This document shows positions 12,780 to 26,999 of a stretch of 64,000 nucleotides of DNA, piece after piece. Numbering within the stretch: the first letter of the stretch is position 1; every line of letters begins with the position of its first letter. Under the pieces are notes generated by a model. The model was not told where the DNA came from, did no database searches, and was given only the letters and a program-made list of their open reading frames with translations. This stretch comes from Eledone cirrhosa (taxonomy: Eukaryota): NCBI GenBank assembly GCA_964016885.1, contig OZ024747.1, positions 88,598,001 to 88,662,000 on the forward strand, given 5' to 3'. The translations under genes were made by a program, and so were the position numbers.

Positions 12780-14769
12780 AGCAGGACTTGGGGTAAAACG
12801 TAATACAATTAGATACAAATAACGGTAATCTGTTCTAACAGGAGGAAAACCACACCTAGATAGGTTCGCGGTACTAATGGCTCTAATCACATCCCGAGGG
12901 GATCAGCACCTTAAAACTCTCATCGCTCCTGAAGAATTACACCTTGAATTAACCCATAAAGGATTACATATGGTATGGGGTGAGATTTCTTGAAAACCAC
13001 TATTTCCCTCGCTGCTGCTTCCACAACGGGCATCAACAACTAACACTACAACTATCACCACCATCACAACCGCAATCACCACCACCATTACCACTGTCCC
13101 CCTGGTGTAATATTTATCAACTATATATCATCTAGTGTCACCTGGTGCATGCCCTCCAAACCCTAGTCAATAAGCAGAATATTTAATTCTTCCAGTTTTA
13201 AATTTCTCGTCAGATTAAATATGATAAAGGTCTGCTTTTATATTACCATGAAGTTCAGATATTTTGTAGCTGTGTGTGCCTTTTTAGGACTTTACTCTCT
13301 TGTTTACCTTTGTCAGGACTCAATGTTTTCCCCTAATTTCTCTATGGAATTATATCCTAGAAATAAGTTATTAAAATGTCATTCTTATCTTTAATCACTT
13401 TCATATGTCAGTAATCAACATAAATATATATCTGGCAACTCTAGACTCCAAAAACCGAAATACGTTCAACGCGATTGGCGTCATTATAGAGTGCACTGGT
13501 TCATTAGTTGTAAAATACTTTATACAATTAGACTGAAATTTGAGTAATTCTAATATTTAGTCGATTTTTAAAAAAATTCATTTCATGCAATATTCATTCA
13601 ATTAGAATTATTCAACAAAATTGAAGAAAATAAACTGTGAAATAATTCAAGAAGTTCATTGTGGTATAAAGGTTGCACAATTCAGCAAATTATGGAGAAT
13701 ATTCAATTGGTTTATTAAAAAGGTTACACGGAAAAAGTATTCTTGTCAGGTAAAAAAAAAAAATGATAAAAGATAATATATTCAAAACTGAGATATTTGG
13801 TGACAGTAGTATTTAAGCTATGAAAATTGAAACAAAATTCAGATTACTATATTAAATGACAATGTCTCCATATATAACTTGATAAGAAATGTATGTAAAA
13901 TCAATAGCAGGAGAGTGATGTAAAGAAATGAAGAGGTGAATAATCTTAAAATGCAAGATAGATATTTCATGCTGGGCACTGGAAAATTTGAATGTTAGTG
14001 ATGGAAAAAAATCATAGTGAATGAGAAAAATGAAATAATATATTGCAAATGTATAGGAAGTATATTTTTTAAAAAATAACACGGACTTTAAAACTTAGAG
14101 TGTATTAGAAAATATATTTCTCGACTAAAATGTCTAACAGATTTACTATAAAATTAATTATGACTGTTACCTAGATTCAATGGAAATATACTTCATTGTT
14201 TACTTGTTATATCAAATGGAATCAAGGGATTAGAAGGTAAGAAGGATGGAAGAGATATGAGATAGATACATATGCAAAAGCACTAACTGAGCTTTTATAC
14301 AATAGCATATGAGAAGTCCAAACGTAATTTAAAATATTTATAGTACAGTGTATATATGGATTCACAATTAAGAACTCTCTTATCGAAAAAGGAAAAGAGC
14401 TAAGAGAAGCAAAAACGTAACTGATGAATGATAAAATACTGTTATCAGTTAACGTCTGACATGTGTAGCAGGAAGAGAGCAAAGAAGGTGAAAACATTAT
14501 AGATAGTGTTTAGTTATTTAGTTGGACGAGTATTATAACTTTAAAGACGAATTACTAACGTAATTCAGAGAGATGAGAAATGAAATGGTGAAAGATAGTG
14601 AATAATAATGAGCTGGAGGATAGTAAACGCTAACAGTTTTAAAAGAGATTCAAGTGCATGGAATTGCTTTAAAACACTGAATGTTTTTGTTTATGTGTTA
14701 ATATTTAACAATCATTATTCAAAAATTGGTTGTGTGTTGTTAGTATATGTACTGTGATAAATAAATATA

Positions 14770-14860
14770 TACATATACATCAGGGCCGAACACAATGGAA
14801 CCAAACTTCCACTGTCACTGCCACCGTCTCTCCCGCTCTCCTCATCTCTCACTATTATTT
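14770..14860 (-). mobile_element. CRE-type LINE 3' UTR fragment
   Basis: cagggccgaacacaatggaaccaaacttccactgtcactgcc matches 48228 onward and 826 onward. Confidence 0.75.
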
Positions 14861-15256
14861 ATGATTCTTGAGAGTCTCCCTGTGTGGTTTTTATGATACT
14901 TGAGAGACCCCTGGGTGGTTTTTATGATTCTTAATGTTGCTGTTAGCGGTGTTGGTCTTGGGGGTGTGGTTGGATCTGATGGTGCTGGTGTTTCTGCTGT
15001 TGGTGGTGTTGCTGATGTTGCTGTTGTTTCTGGTGTTGGTGCTACTGCTATCGAGGCTGATGCCATAGTTGGTGTTTTTTTTACTGTTGTTGTTTTGGAG
15101 GTCCTGGTGTTTTCAACAAAGGGACCATGCGGTTCTCAGTCTTCAGTTGAGGGCAAAAAGATCTCAAGTGACCAGTTTTCCCGCACATATGACTCAATAA
15201 CAACGACAACAACAACGACAACGATGACAACAACAACAGCAATAATAATAATGATG

Positions 15257-15695
15257 ATTTCTGATTTAGGCACAAAGCCAACCATTTTGGAGGAGGGAAA
15301 AGTCGATTAAATCGACCCCAGTGCGTTACTGGTACTTTATTTTATCGACCCCGCAAGGATGAAATGCAAAGTTGACTTCGTCGGGATTTTAACTCGGAAC
15401 GTAAAGGGCCGTAATTCTATGACGATAAGTATGTTGCCCGACGCTCTACCGATTCTGCTAATCCACCGCCCTAATATAATAATATTGTTAATAATAATTG
15501 TTTTTACTTTTGGCACAAGGCCAGCAATTATCCAGTGCATTACTGGTACTTGATTTTACCTACCCCGTAAGGATGAAAGGCAAAGTTACCTACCCAGTAA
15601 GGATGAAAGGCGGGATTTGAACTCAGAACGTAAAGGGCCGTAACTCTATGCTGAAAAGCATGGTGTCCAACCCTCTACCGATTCTGCCAATTCTA
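15257..15695 (-). mobile_element. Two tandem group A SINEs
   Basis: Reverse complement of the group A consensus, twice. Confidence 0.85.
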
Positions 15696-15999
15696 ATAAT
15701 AATACACAGTAGCACTCCTATGGATATCCACTTATTCATTTTCTTAGAAAATGACAATATGAAATTAGTATGACATTTTAACATGCAGTCTACGAAATAG
15801 CACATAATAAAATTGATATCTTTCCCTATGATAAAAATAACAATAGTGTACTAATTGTCGACATATCAATACCAAGTAAGTATAATGCTTTTCAGAAGTG
15901 AGTAGAAAGGCGAAGTAATTACACTACACTGGTATCTGAATTTAAAACATTTGAGAGTTAAAAATCTTTCATCTCATTTGTAATTGTAGTTGTTGTTAC

Positions 16000-16700
16000 A
16001 GCTCACACCTATGCAGGTTTAGCTGGCCTCCGCCAAGGTATATCTCGTTGGAGGTGTCTTGGGTGTTTTAATGATAGGTACCCCAGTCCTATCATCTCAT
16101 TTCTACAGCTGAGTAAACTGGAGCAACATGAAATAAAGTGTTTTGCTCAATGAAACAACACATCACCCGATCCTAGAATTGAACTTACAACCTTTCGGTT
16201 GCAAGCCCACTGTTCTAACCACTAAGCCATGCGCCTTCATTTGTAATTGCTACAACTGGAATGATGTACAAATATTTCTGTAACGACATTACTCCTCACC
16301 TGGCACTTCTTTTTTCTTTCTTTCTTTCTGCGACACTTCAGCATGTCCCTCAGTTCAATGAATTGAAGAACCGTGCATTTCATGCAGTATTTTGGGGTTT
16401 TTGGGGGTTGCTTTTTTGTTTATCTTACTGGCACTCCGTCGGTTATGACGACGAGTGTTCCAATTGAAGTAACGTGCAAATGGCTGAGCATTCCATAGTC
16501 ACGCGTACCTTTAACGTAGTTCTCAGGGAGATTCAGCGTGACACCGAACCTGACAAGGCTGGCCCTTCGAATTACAGGTACAACTCATTTTTGCCAGCTG
16601 AGTGGACTGAAGCAACATGAAATAAAGTGTCTTGCTCAAGGACACGACACGCTACCGGGAATCGAACTCACGACCTTACGATTGTGAGCCGAATACCTAG
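16000..16700 (-). mobile_element. Two group B SINEs (16000-16239 and 16430-16700)
   Basis: gcaacatgaaataaagtg..ttgctcaa core on the reverse strand. Confidence 0.8.
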
Positions 16701-17042
16701 GCACCTTCTTTTCGTGTTCATACCCAACCTTCACCACCACCACCATATATTTCACCTCTTCCTCATATGTCTTGGTTCTTTTCAATATGGGTTCGTTCTT
16801 TTACCTCTGTAATTTTTCTTTGTCTTTTTCTTTCCTTTATTACACCCGCCCCCACCCGCTATTTCAACCTACTTCGCGTCTTTATTGACACAAGACCACA
16901 AGGGGATACAACCAATAGTTGTCTCCGAGCGGTACTGTGCTGGAAGGAAAAGACAACTCAGATTCCCAGTGCTCTAATTTGTAACTGACAACTAATACAT
17001 TGGATGAGGTGATTTATTCCGTTAACCTCTGAATTGCGTCCA

Positions 17043-17112
<70 letters not shown>

Positions 17113-17344
17113 GGCGGGCTAACCGCCCCGCGGACAACAAAGCAAGTATTTCCATGTCCCCGTGCATACATACATATATACATACATACATATATACATA
17201 TATACATACATACATACATATATACATACAAACATATATACATACTTACTTACTTACTTACCAAGTTGATGTTATCTAAATTCCAATGACTCGTGTGTTT
17301 ATGTTATAAACTGTCTCTCTTGGTGAAAATGTATAGAATAATAA

Positions 17345-17403
<59 letters not shown>

Positions 17404-17411
17404 TATGGTTA

Positions 17412-17730
17412 AAGGCACGTGGCTTAATCGTATGCTCTTATTGAGAGAGTTTATAATCGCGTGGGTCGTATTTTCGATTTCGCACGTTATGTCTTTGAAC
17501 AAGATACTTTGTTTCAAATTTCTCTAAGTCACCCAGCGGGGAAAATGAGATGTATCTGTATTTCAAAAGGTCAGCCTTGTCATAGAGTATGTAACGCTAA
17601 ATATATTCGAGAACTACACTAAAGGTGCACGTGCCTGAGGAATGTCCAATCAGTGAGACGTTAATTTCACGAGTAGGCTGTTTCTTTGTTCAAACAACTG
17701 GAACATTCGTTGTCTGAACCGACAGTTGGC
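17412..17730 (+). mobile_element. Diverged group B SINE
   Basis: Collinear with 33571-33897. Confidence 0.75.
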
Positions 17731-18289
17731 CAACGTGCACGCACTCACACGCATATACAGACATATATAATTCTACAAATATATTTTGATTAGCTATATA
17801 ACTAACCTAATATATACTTGAATAACACACACGGACACACACATTTTTACTACTAAATAATGTACAAGTCAGGAGAAGAGTAGAGGAAATACAGAAGACA
17901 GTTTATAGATATACGGTTGAGAGTCGTCAAAGTGTCACATAACCATATGCCCTCAATTATAGATAGGCACTTCAGTCATGTCATTCACAGCAGTTGCTTC
18001 CTCTGCTTCGATATTATCAGACGTGACAACGTTTCAAAGATATTCAAGTTGACTTTTATTATTTCAATTATTTCCTTTTATTTTATTATATGGATTTTTG
18101 CATTTCCTTTTTCATTTTGTATATATATATATATTTCTTATTTCAATTAAGTTTATATCTTCCCACAAGATTTATTCCTAATAAACCATTCTACGCTATT
18201 TCAGTCCATTCCTTCTAGACTACTTATAACGTCATATGGACAAAATGTAGATTAAAAGACGGAAAAAAAGTAATGATACATACATACAT

Positions 18290-18337
<48 letters not shown>

Positions 18338-18339
<2 letters not shown>

Positions 18340-18540
18340 AAAAAGTATGACCCCGACGGCTGAGCTTAAGCCGTTTCGACGACTATTTCTGAACTATTTG
18401 AGTCCAGAAATAGTCGTCGAAACGGCTTGAGCTCTGCCGTCGGGGTCATACTTTTTCCTATTTCCCTCTCTACTACCCTAAGTATTGAGTACTCTGGTGC
18501 GTTATGATCCATCTGGTTCCTTACCACAATTCCTTTGTTA
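18338..18540 (+). mobile_element. TA-flanked fold-back element carrying a hammerhead 3' half on both arms
   Basis: Hairpin 18335-18461 plus unique tail; GAAAC-GGC-ttgagctct-GCC-GTC-ggggtc. Confidence 0.75.
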
Positions 18541-18617
18541 TATATTTATATATAATATGCATATATGTGTATCAATAAATTATATATGCATGTATGTGTA
18601 TATATATAAATTATCTA

Positions 18618-18715
<98 letters not shown>

Positions 18716-18902
18716 GTTGCTTGGTGTGTAGCGTTCAGTTACTGATGTTTCAGTGGTTTAAGAACTCAATGCTATTGCGTGGATAGGCTACAGAAGTAGG
18801 ACTTGTCCATGCGTGGTCCCCGGCTTTTTTATCCATAACACACAAAATTTAATATTAAGTAAGCGGGAAGGAAGTATCAATATAGAATTTGTATATATTT
18901 TA

Positions 18903-18999
18903 TTCACCCGTGACGCGTGTTGCGCCATCGATCATCACACGGTACGATCGGTCACGATCGAACCTGATTCTGGAATCGATAGTTCATAAGATTAGTGAA
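18903..18999 (-). ncRNA. Degenerate hammerhead related to the 512-708 core
   Basis: TTCAC..-CTTATGA-aCTATCGAT...ATCGATGGc-GCAAC-ACGC-GTC-..GTGAA; shares the internal tcaggt..gatcg..gatcg.acc hairpin. Confidence 0.5.
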
Positions 19000-19029
19000 A
19001 TTTGAATTAAAGGGGAAAATCACTGTCGC

Positions 19030-19850
19030 ATCTTTAGATTTAAAAATTTATAACAAAACAAAAAAAATAAACATTTAAAAATTCAAACAAAACAAAAGCC
19101 TCATTAAAGGGTTATCCGGTCACTCGTGGAAAAAGCCCATAACAAGCTATGACACCCTGACCACTGTGGCAAGTGTCCCTCCCAGTTGTACTCCTCAAGG
19201 CTACAGTTGTATATCGGATGTAGGCCCATTCAAATGGGCCACGCTCGTCTCTCCCCCATCTTTCAACAAACTGGTTGGAAAGTAACACTTTCCTCTCCAC
19301 CCTGATTTTCCTCTCCAAGTGAAACTTGAAAATATTAATCAGGATTTCGCTGAAGAAGAAAGAGCTTGTTTTCAATCCTTTCAAACGCATCCAACACACA
19401 ACTTCTTTCACTATGGCCATCAGGTAGATAAAACCTACCTGCCCTTTCCGGTTAAAGGAAGACGGTGGATTGAACTTCGCGATGGACTCAATTGATAGCC
19501 GGATCCGTGTTATATATGACAGCAGGTGTTCGACATAAAAACACAAATCAACAATACTCGGACACACGTCGAGTGAGTGCAGGGCGGATTCGTCACCCTG
19601 TGCGCGTCGCGGACAGGTCCGGCTAACGGCACTTTCGTGCCTGTAGAGTTTATCTCAAACTGGTAATGCTCCTCGATATCACTGCCAAGTCAGAGATTTC
19701 AGGAAGTTATCCATGTGCTAAGGGCCAAACGTCCTTCGGAGAAAGCGTGGCTAATTGATTTTCGTTGACGTCCAGAGTTTCCCCAAGAACGTCGTCGCTT
19801 TTACCCACCACTAATCCTCTATAGAACGCCACTTCTGTCCGACATTTACT
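19030..19850 (-). mobile_element. Diverged 3' fragment of the same Tx1/L1-type LINE family
   Basis: ORF 19112-19567 (VEHLLS..AIVKEVVCWMRLKGLK..FKFHLERKIRVER) aligns by eye to 58243-58758; shared DNA cactaatcctctatagaacgcc. Confidence 0.85.
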
Positions 19851-21129
19851 TATGTTTGTGCTCTTGTGGCATCGTCTATAAGACAATTGATTGTAAAATG
19901 TGTGTGTTATCAAATTTTGCCTCAAGTGTCATGCTGACGCTCGGCCTGATTTGGGAAAGAAGCAGAACTCAAAGGAAGTTTCAAATCATAATAATAAAAA
20001 CAATTTTCTATGATTTTAATAATAACATGCGAGCCGTCAGAAGCCAAAAACTTGCACTATGCATTCAGCCACTTCTACCTATCTCTGAGCCTACAGCACA
20101 TTTATTTGCTGTAGGCTCAGTTGTCTATTACGAACAGCAGTACAAATTCTATTCTTTTCCCTCGCACGAGGTAAAAATATAACCAGATAAGGAATCTTGC
20201 AAAGCAAGTACAAAAACGAAGTATATATATTTATATATTTGAACGATATATAACAGGAAATTTCAATTGAGAAACAGCTAGTATATTGCTCATACATACA
20301 GAACAAATAATATGTAAATAAATATACATATTTTAAGATGGTATAATGGCCTATAATTTCGTAGACGGATATGTTTCTAGAAACAAAAGAAAAAGAATGC
20401 AAACTATCGATCTCAGTAATTTGTATCAATCACCAATTACCGATTTTGTTAATATGCATTCTAAGACCTTGATTTCCTTCATTGGTATAGTTCATTCTTC
20501 GTTATATATATCTCACACTGTACGAACCTACTAGTCATCTGCCCAAGGATGAATTTTTGATACGTTTCTCCACATGCTGTTCAAATATTGTTCAACGAAA
20601 GGGTAGGTACGATAGGACAGACCTTAAGGAGTGCCAGAAAGAATTTCAAGCAAGTTTCATTTAGACAACTCAAAATAATTGAGACAAATTAGTAGAAATA
20701 TGGTAATTTTAGGTTTAGCCAATACATATAAAATACATACCAATAATGTTTCTCAGTAGAAAGTTCCACGAAACTTCAATTCAGAACATCAATCATACAA
20801 GTTTTGCTCGCACATTGCTCGGTTTGTGTTTTTTTCGGTGTTTTGTTACTGTTTCTCTTTTCTTCCCTTTTGCTTTCCTTCCCTCCTTCCTTCGTTTTCC
20901 CAATAACTTATCCCGTCATTGACGCCCTGGGGTGAAGTGGTATCTTGTCTTTAAAGCGTAGAAATATCCTAGACCACCAGTAGACAACTGATGAGGAAAA
21001 CTCCCCCCCCCCTGTTCTTGGTTTCTTCGTATTCCCACTGAATTTTAGTTACCTTAAATAGCAACTACACAGCCATTTCTATTCTCACTCTCTCTCTATA
21101 TATATACATACACATATAGTACGTGCATG

Positions 21130-21316
21130 TGAGTCCCGGGTTCAATCAGAGGTAACCACAGTAAGTAAGGTACTCAATACATTAGTAAAGTGTATACAGC
21201 AAATTTAATATAGAAATGGCTTTTACAGGACTAGAACTGGTTCATTCGAAGGAAATCATCAGGAAAGCCAGATAATTTCCTTCGAATGAAACGGTTCTAG
21301 TCCTGTAGAAGTTATT

Positions 21317-21320
<4 letters not shown>
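21130..21320 (-). mobile_element. Second locus of the 12243 family with hammerhead motif (21215-21270) and inverted tail (21271-21318)
   Basis: Homologous to 12255-12530; the core reads GAAC instead of GAAA on the minus arm. Confidence 0.72.
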
Positions 21321-21357
<37 letters not shown>

Positions 21358-22683
21358 GTAACATTAATCTATTGGCATTAATCTCTTAAACATTGTCAAA
21401 TGATCAATATCAAGTGTCATAATTTCTTACAGCATTTTCATATTTGATCAGTTACATCTGGAAATATTGTTAAAATGCATCCTTCTTGATTAAATGTTAA
21501 CAAATTTATAGTTTTATAAGTGCATATTCCCTCTTTGTCGTCTAGTTTTATTGCTGTAAAGATGTATGCTTAAACGGCGCTAGTTCCATTAAACTCAGCA
21601 GAGTTAAGAAATATTAATGTGTAGAGCTAATTACTCCCTGCTTCGGGATCAAATGTAAAGATCAATAAATACTTGACTCTGTTTAATTGAGAAATTAGTG
21701 GCATGAGAGTGAGTGCTGTTCTAAAATCTTTAAAACTAGCTAGACATTGGTAACGAATTCAGTAGTACATTATACTCTATGCTTGGATGTTCCTACTCAA
21801 TAAAATTGCTGAAATGGATTTATCTTGGCCGGCAGCATGTTGAGATGATATTGTAATATGATAATTATGCGGAAGTTTAGCTTCTTGTCTGAATCTCACA
21901 TTTATGTTAAGTTTGCTCAATGTAATTAGTTATATACAATTTTAAATGTGTCATTTAAAGACGGTATACAACACAAAACCATTATGAAAAGGACTCGTAA
22001 ATCTTAAGTGGATGGTAGATCACCACTAATCGATTCAGCTTCAAGTTTTCCAACAGTAGTCGGACTGGCGAAAACTATCGCATTCCTGACCGGAAAGTGC
22101 AAGCATAATAATTTAGTATTCTGAAAACGACTGATCATCAATTCAAACTGTAACACTAATAATGCTTAACATATAGTTTACTTACTAACACTTCACGATG
22201 ATGGAATATTCTTTCTATTTTTTTGTGCTACCCACGCATATTTAATAAATATACACAATACAGTCTGACTTAAGAAGCATTGAGAAATCTGAAATTTGAA
22301 ATGTAGTCGACCAAATGCATATGATTATATTAATAGTTGGTAACTAAAAATATTATTTGAGAAAATCGTTTAACATACCCTTGGAGACGGAAAAAGTGAA
22401 CAGACGCGCCGGCAAGCTAGGCGGTGTAGTTTAATCGATTTTCTCAACCATTATTTGTAGTGATCAACTATTATTTATAATAATTGAAACGTTGAAACAA
22501 TTACATTTCAAATTTCATTGTTTCTTTTTACTTGGAGTACCTTTTATTTTCTGTATCTATCCTTTATGGTTCTGTTTCTATTTTTGTACTCCTGATGAAG
22601 GACACGTCGAAATTTCTTTCCCATTTCCATATAAAGCGTGAAACTAATAAGACTTTTTGTACCTCTGTTTTGTTGTTTCCTTG

Positions 22684-22738
<55 letters not shown>

Positions 22739-22821
22739 AGAGTATTGAAGTTTGCTTGAAGCATTGTGGAATAATAAGGTATATTTCTTTAGGTCGTTTT
22801 GGAAGCCTCAACAATGCAGAT

Positions 22822-23289
22822 AGGTAAATCTCCAAATCTCCGGGTAACAAGATCCGGTGGTGGAGAGAGAGATGTAAGTGAATGTAGAATGAGATGTATA
22901 GTGTGTAGAACGTAGGAAAAAGCGTAAAAAATAAAAATAATAACACGAGATAGAGTTACCTTGGAAGAGATTTAATTGTCCCTATATATTTCGGTTTCTC
23001 ATCCATCAACGTGTCCTCCGCTGTTCGTTGTTCAAAACAACGAACAGCGGAGGACACGTTTCGCACCTTTCCGACAGACAACCCCCCCCCCCCCTCCCCC
23101 CCAGTTGATGGATGTGAATCCGAAATATATAGGGATAATTAAATCTCTCCCAAGGTAACTCTATCTCGTGTTATTATTTTTATTTTTTTACGCTTTTTCT
23201 TACGTTCTTCTACACACTATACATCTCAATCTACATTCACTTACATCTCTCTCTCCACCACCTGATCTTGTTACTCGGAGATTTACCCA
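22822..23289. repeat. Long inverted repeat (about 185-bp arms) with a nested 24-bp hairpin
   Basis: 22822-23010 is the reverse complement of 23102-23289; inner hairpin 23009-23059. Confidence 0.85.
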
Positions 23290-23405
23290 TATATATATAT
23301 ATATATGGGGGGGTGGTAATAAATTGAATATCTAACGATGGGAGAGTACACAATCTGTTACAAGAGACTGGAATATATGAATTTTTTAAACTATTATAAA
23401 AAGGA

Positions 23406-23486
23406 CATATTTACTACAGCTGTTTCACTGTATACAGGATTGGGCTTTAGTTATTTTATGTAGTTCTTCAGGAATTCGCAAATATG
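23406..23486 (-). ncRNA. Hammerhead motif, partly degenerate
   Basis: CATATTTGC(gaattc)-CTGAAGA-ACT...AGT-GAAAC-AGCT-GTA-GTAAATATG; 6-nt offset in stem I. Confidence 0.65.
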
Positions 23487-23963
23487 TATGAGTTGGTGGT
23501 GTATGTGTGTGTGTTATTCTTAAAGACACTTCACACAGAACCATATTATTTAATATAGCCCATTTCAAAAATGGCAGTCAGTGTTATTCGAATGAAATTT
23601 GACTGCAATGTCTAGCTGCAAGAGCAATGGTGTAGATATTCTTTTATTGAATCAGCATTAATTGAGCCATCAAGTACATGTAGCATTATACGATGTAATA
23701 TAATTACCTTGACCTTCTATAGAATGCAACATTATGTTTATATAGAGTTTGGCCTTCTGCCATAAGTATTTCATATCTACTGCTTGTTTTCATATTTCTT
23801 ATAACATATGTTTAAATTATTTGGCATGTCTGAGACATATTGGATCACTACTGTCTTCAAATCTACCATAGGCGTGTAAGAATGTTTTCAAATACTTATT
23901 CTATGCGTTAACACAAGACATAAATGACACACACACATATATGTGTGTTCGTGTGTGTGTATG

Positions 23964-24011
<48 letters not shown>

Positions 24012-24146
24012 TTCCTCCACTCCTAGATTTAATTTGCTACTACTATTATTCTATCAACTTGACCTCTAACTCCTTTTCCATTGGTCAATTCTAAACCTGT
24101 TCCCAAACAGACCTTTTATATTAATTCTTTGTTCAATAAACACATC

Positions 24147-24285
24147 TCATCATTTCTGAGGACGGCATGTATATGTGAAGGTATGTATATTTCCTCTGAT
24201 AATTTGTAATATTTTTACATAGATCTTAAACATGATATACATACCAACACACATATACATCCCAGAAACGATCGTAAAATAATGA
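24147..24285 (+). ncRNA. Type I hammerhead motif with long stem II, in a TA-flanked solo pLTR-like segment (about 24009-24340)
   Basis: TCATCATTT-CTGAGGA-..ATGTATATGTG..GGTATGTATAT...ATATACATACC..CACATATACAT..-GAAAC-GATC-GTA-AAATAATGA. Confidence 0.8.
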
Positions 24286-24337
24286 ATTTTTTAATATAAG
24301 GAACTTGTTCTTTGGTTTTATTTCATTGTTTTTATTA

Positions 24338-24405
<68 letters not shown>

Positions 24406-25039
24406 TTATATTTATATATACATAATGTATGTGTTACTTTTGGTAAGATGAGAAATCTTCAACACATTAAGAATTTAAAACAAATGAAATACTCTTCTTC
24501 TAAGGTTAAAGTTCTTGCTGTTGAAGATGGTGAGGGTAGCAGAGCAATGAAGAAAACCAAGGTCATGAAATAATTAAATCCATTTTTTTTATTTCTGCAT
24601 TCGTTTCTATACAGGTGATAATGGTACATGCGTAATGTCAACAATAAGTTAATCAGAAACAGTTAATTAACAATTATTTACACAAAACACAATACATATA
24701 ACATTCGCATATCATCAGATAAAAGGGATAGAATTTAACCAAATACTAATTTCAAGAACATACGCAGAATCAAATGTTAGATATTAGCAAGCACATAAAG
24801 AAAAACGCAACAAAGCAGAGTAAAGATACAAAGATGTAAAACAGTGTTCTTAGTTATCATTAAATATAATATTATTATTTCTTGTAATTATTAGACCAAA
24901 ATTCATTGATGGTGGTTAAATACATAGAGAGAAGAGGAGTAAGTGTCAGGAAACGTAGAGAGATTAGTTCAGAGGCCGTGATAATAATTAGTTTTGGCGT
25001 TAATGGATATATAATATGTAGGAAAATACTTACCCATTA

Positions 25040-25157
25040 CGTTATGCGTTCAAATCCCGCCGAGGTTAACTTTGCCTTTCATCCTTACGGGGTCGATAAA
25101 ATAAAGTACCAGTAATGCACTTGCTGGGTTCGTACCTAAAATAGAAACAATTATTAT
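25040..25157 (+). mobile_element. Group A SINE, truncated
   Basis: gttcaaatcccgccgaggttaactttgcc... Confidence 0.8.
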
Positions 25158-25447
25158 TTTTAATCAGGTTCATCGAACATAAGTGAAGATCAGAAGTACA
25201 AGATATATATTTTTGGTAATATTAGGCATTCAAATTTCTGATTTCTTACAGCAAATGGGAAAGGGTGTCATTGGACTTAACGATGTTTCGGGTCGTAAAG
25301 TAACCGGTTTCATTTTTGCCTTGAGTTACGGCGTGTCTAATAATCACCTTAGAGTGGTGTTGGTTTAGTGAGGTGTTAAGGAACAAATATATATTTTACT
25401 ATAGATAACGTTCAGTATAGTGGTTTGCAGATATATATATATATATA

Positions 25448-25560
25448 GGAACGAGTAGGGCCCCGGGGTCCTACTCGTTCCTATTACCCACTCTACTACC
25501 CTAAGTATTGAGTACTTTGGTGCGTTATGGTCCACCTGGTTCCTTACCACATTTCCTTCG

Positions 25561-25563
<3 letters not shown>
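25448..25563 (+). mobile_element. Member of the 18338 family with short hairpin
   Basis: ggaacgagtagggcccc|ggggtcctactcgttcc plus the shared tail ctactaccctaagtattgagtac... Confidence 0.75.
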
Positions 25564-25622
<59 letters not shown>

Positions 25623-25708
25623 TAAATATATTTGGTCTACGGTTCTTATATATTTGATATATATTTATCGTTATCGAGCCCTCTTTGGATTTTAGTCTTC
25701 AAATTTAT

Positions 25709-25767
<59 letters not shown>

Positions 25768-25989
25768 CAGTCGATCGAATTTAGTCCAATCGTCCCGAGG
25801 AAACAATATTTCCATTGGTTTTGCCAATTGTTAATACTATCTGTCGGTCGCAAATCCAGGTAGAAGGAGCAACGTGAAATAAAGTGTCTTGCTCAAGGAC
25901 ATAACTCATCGCCCGGTCTGGAAATCGAATTCATAACCATCACAATTGCGAATCCAATCCTCTAACCCCCCTCAGCCACGTGCCTTCAC

Positions 25990-26992
<1,003 letters not shown>

Positions 26993-26999
26993 GGGGGGA

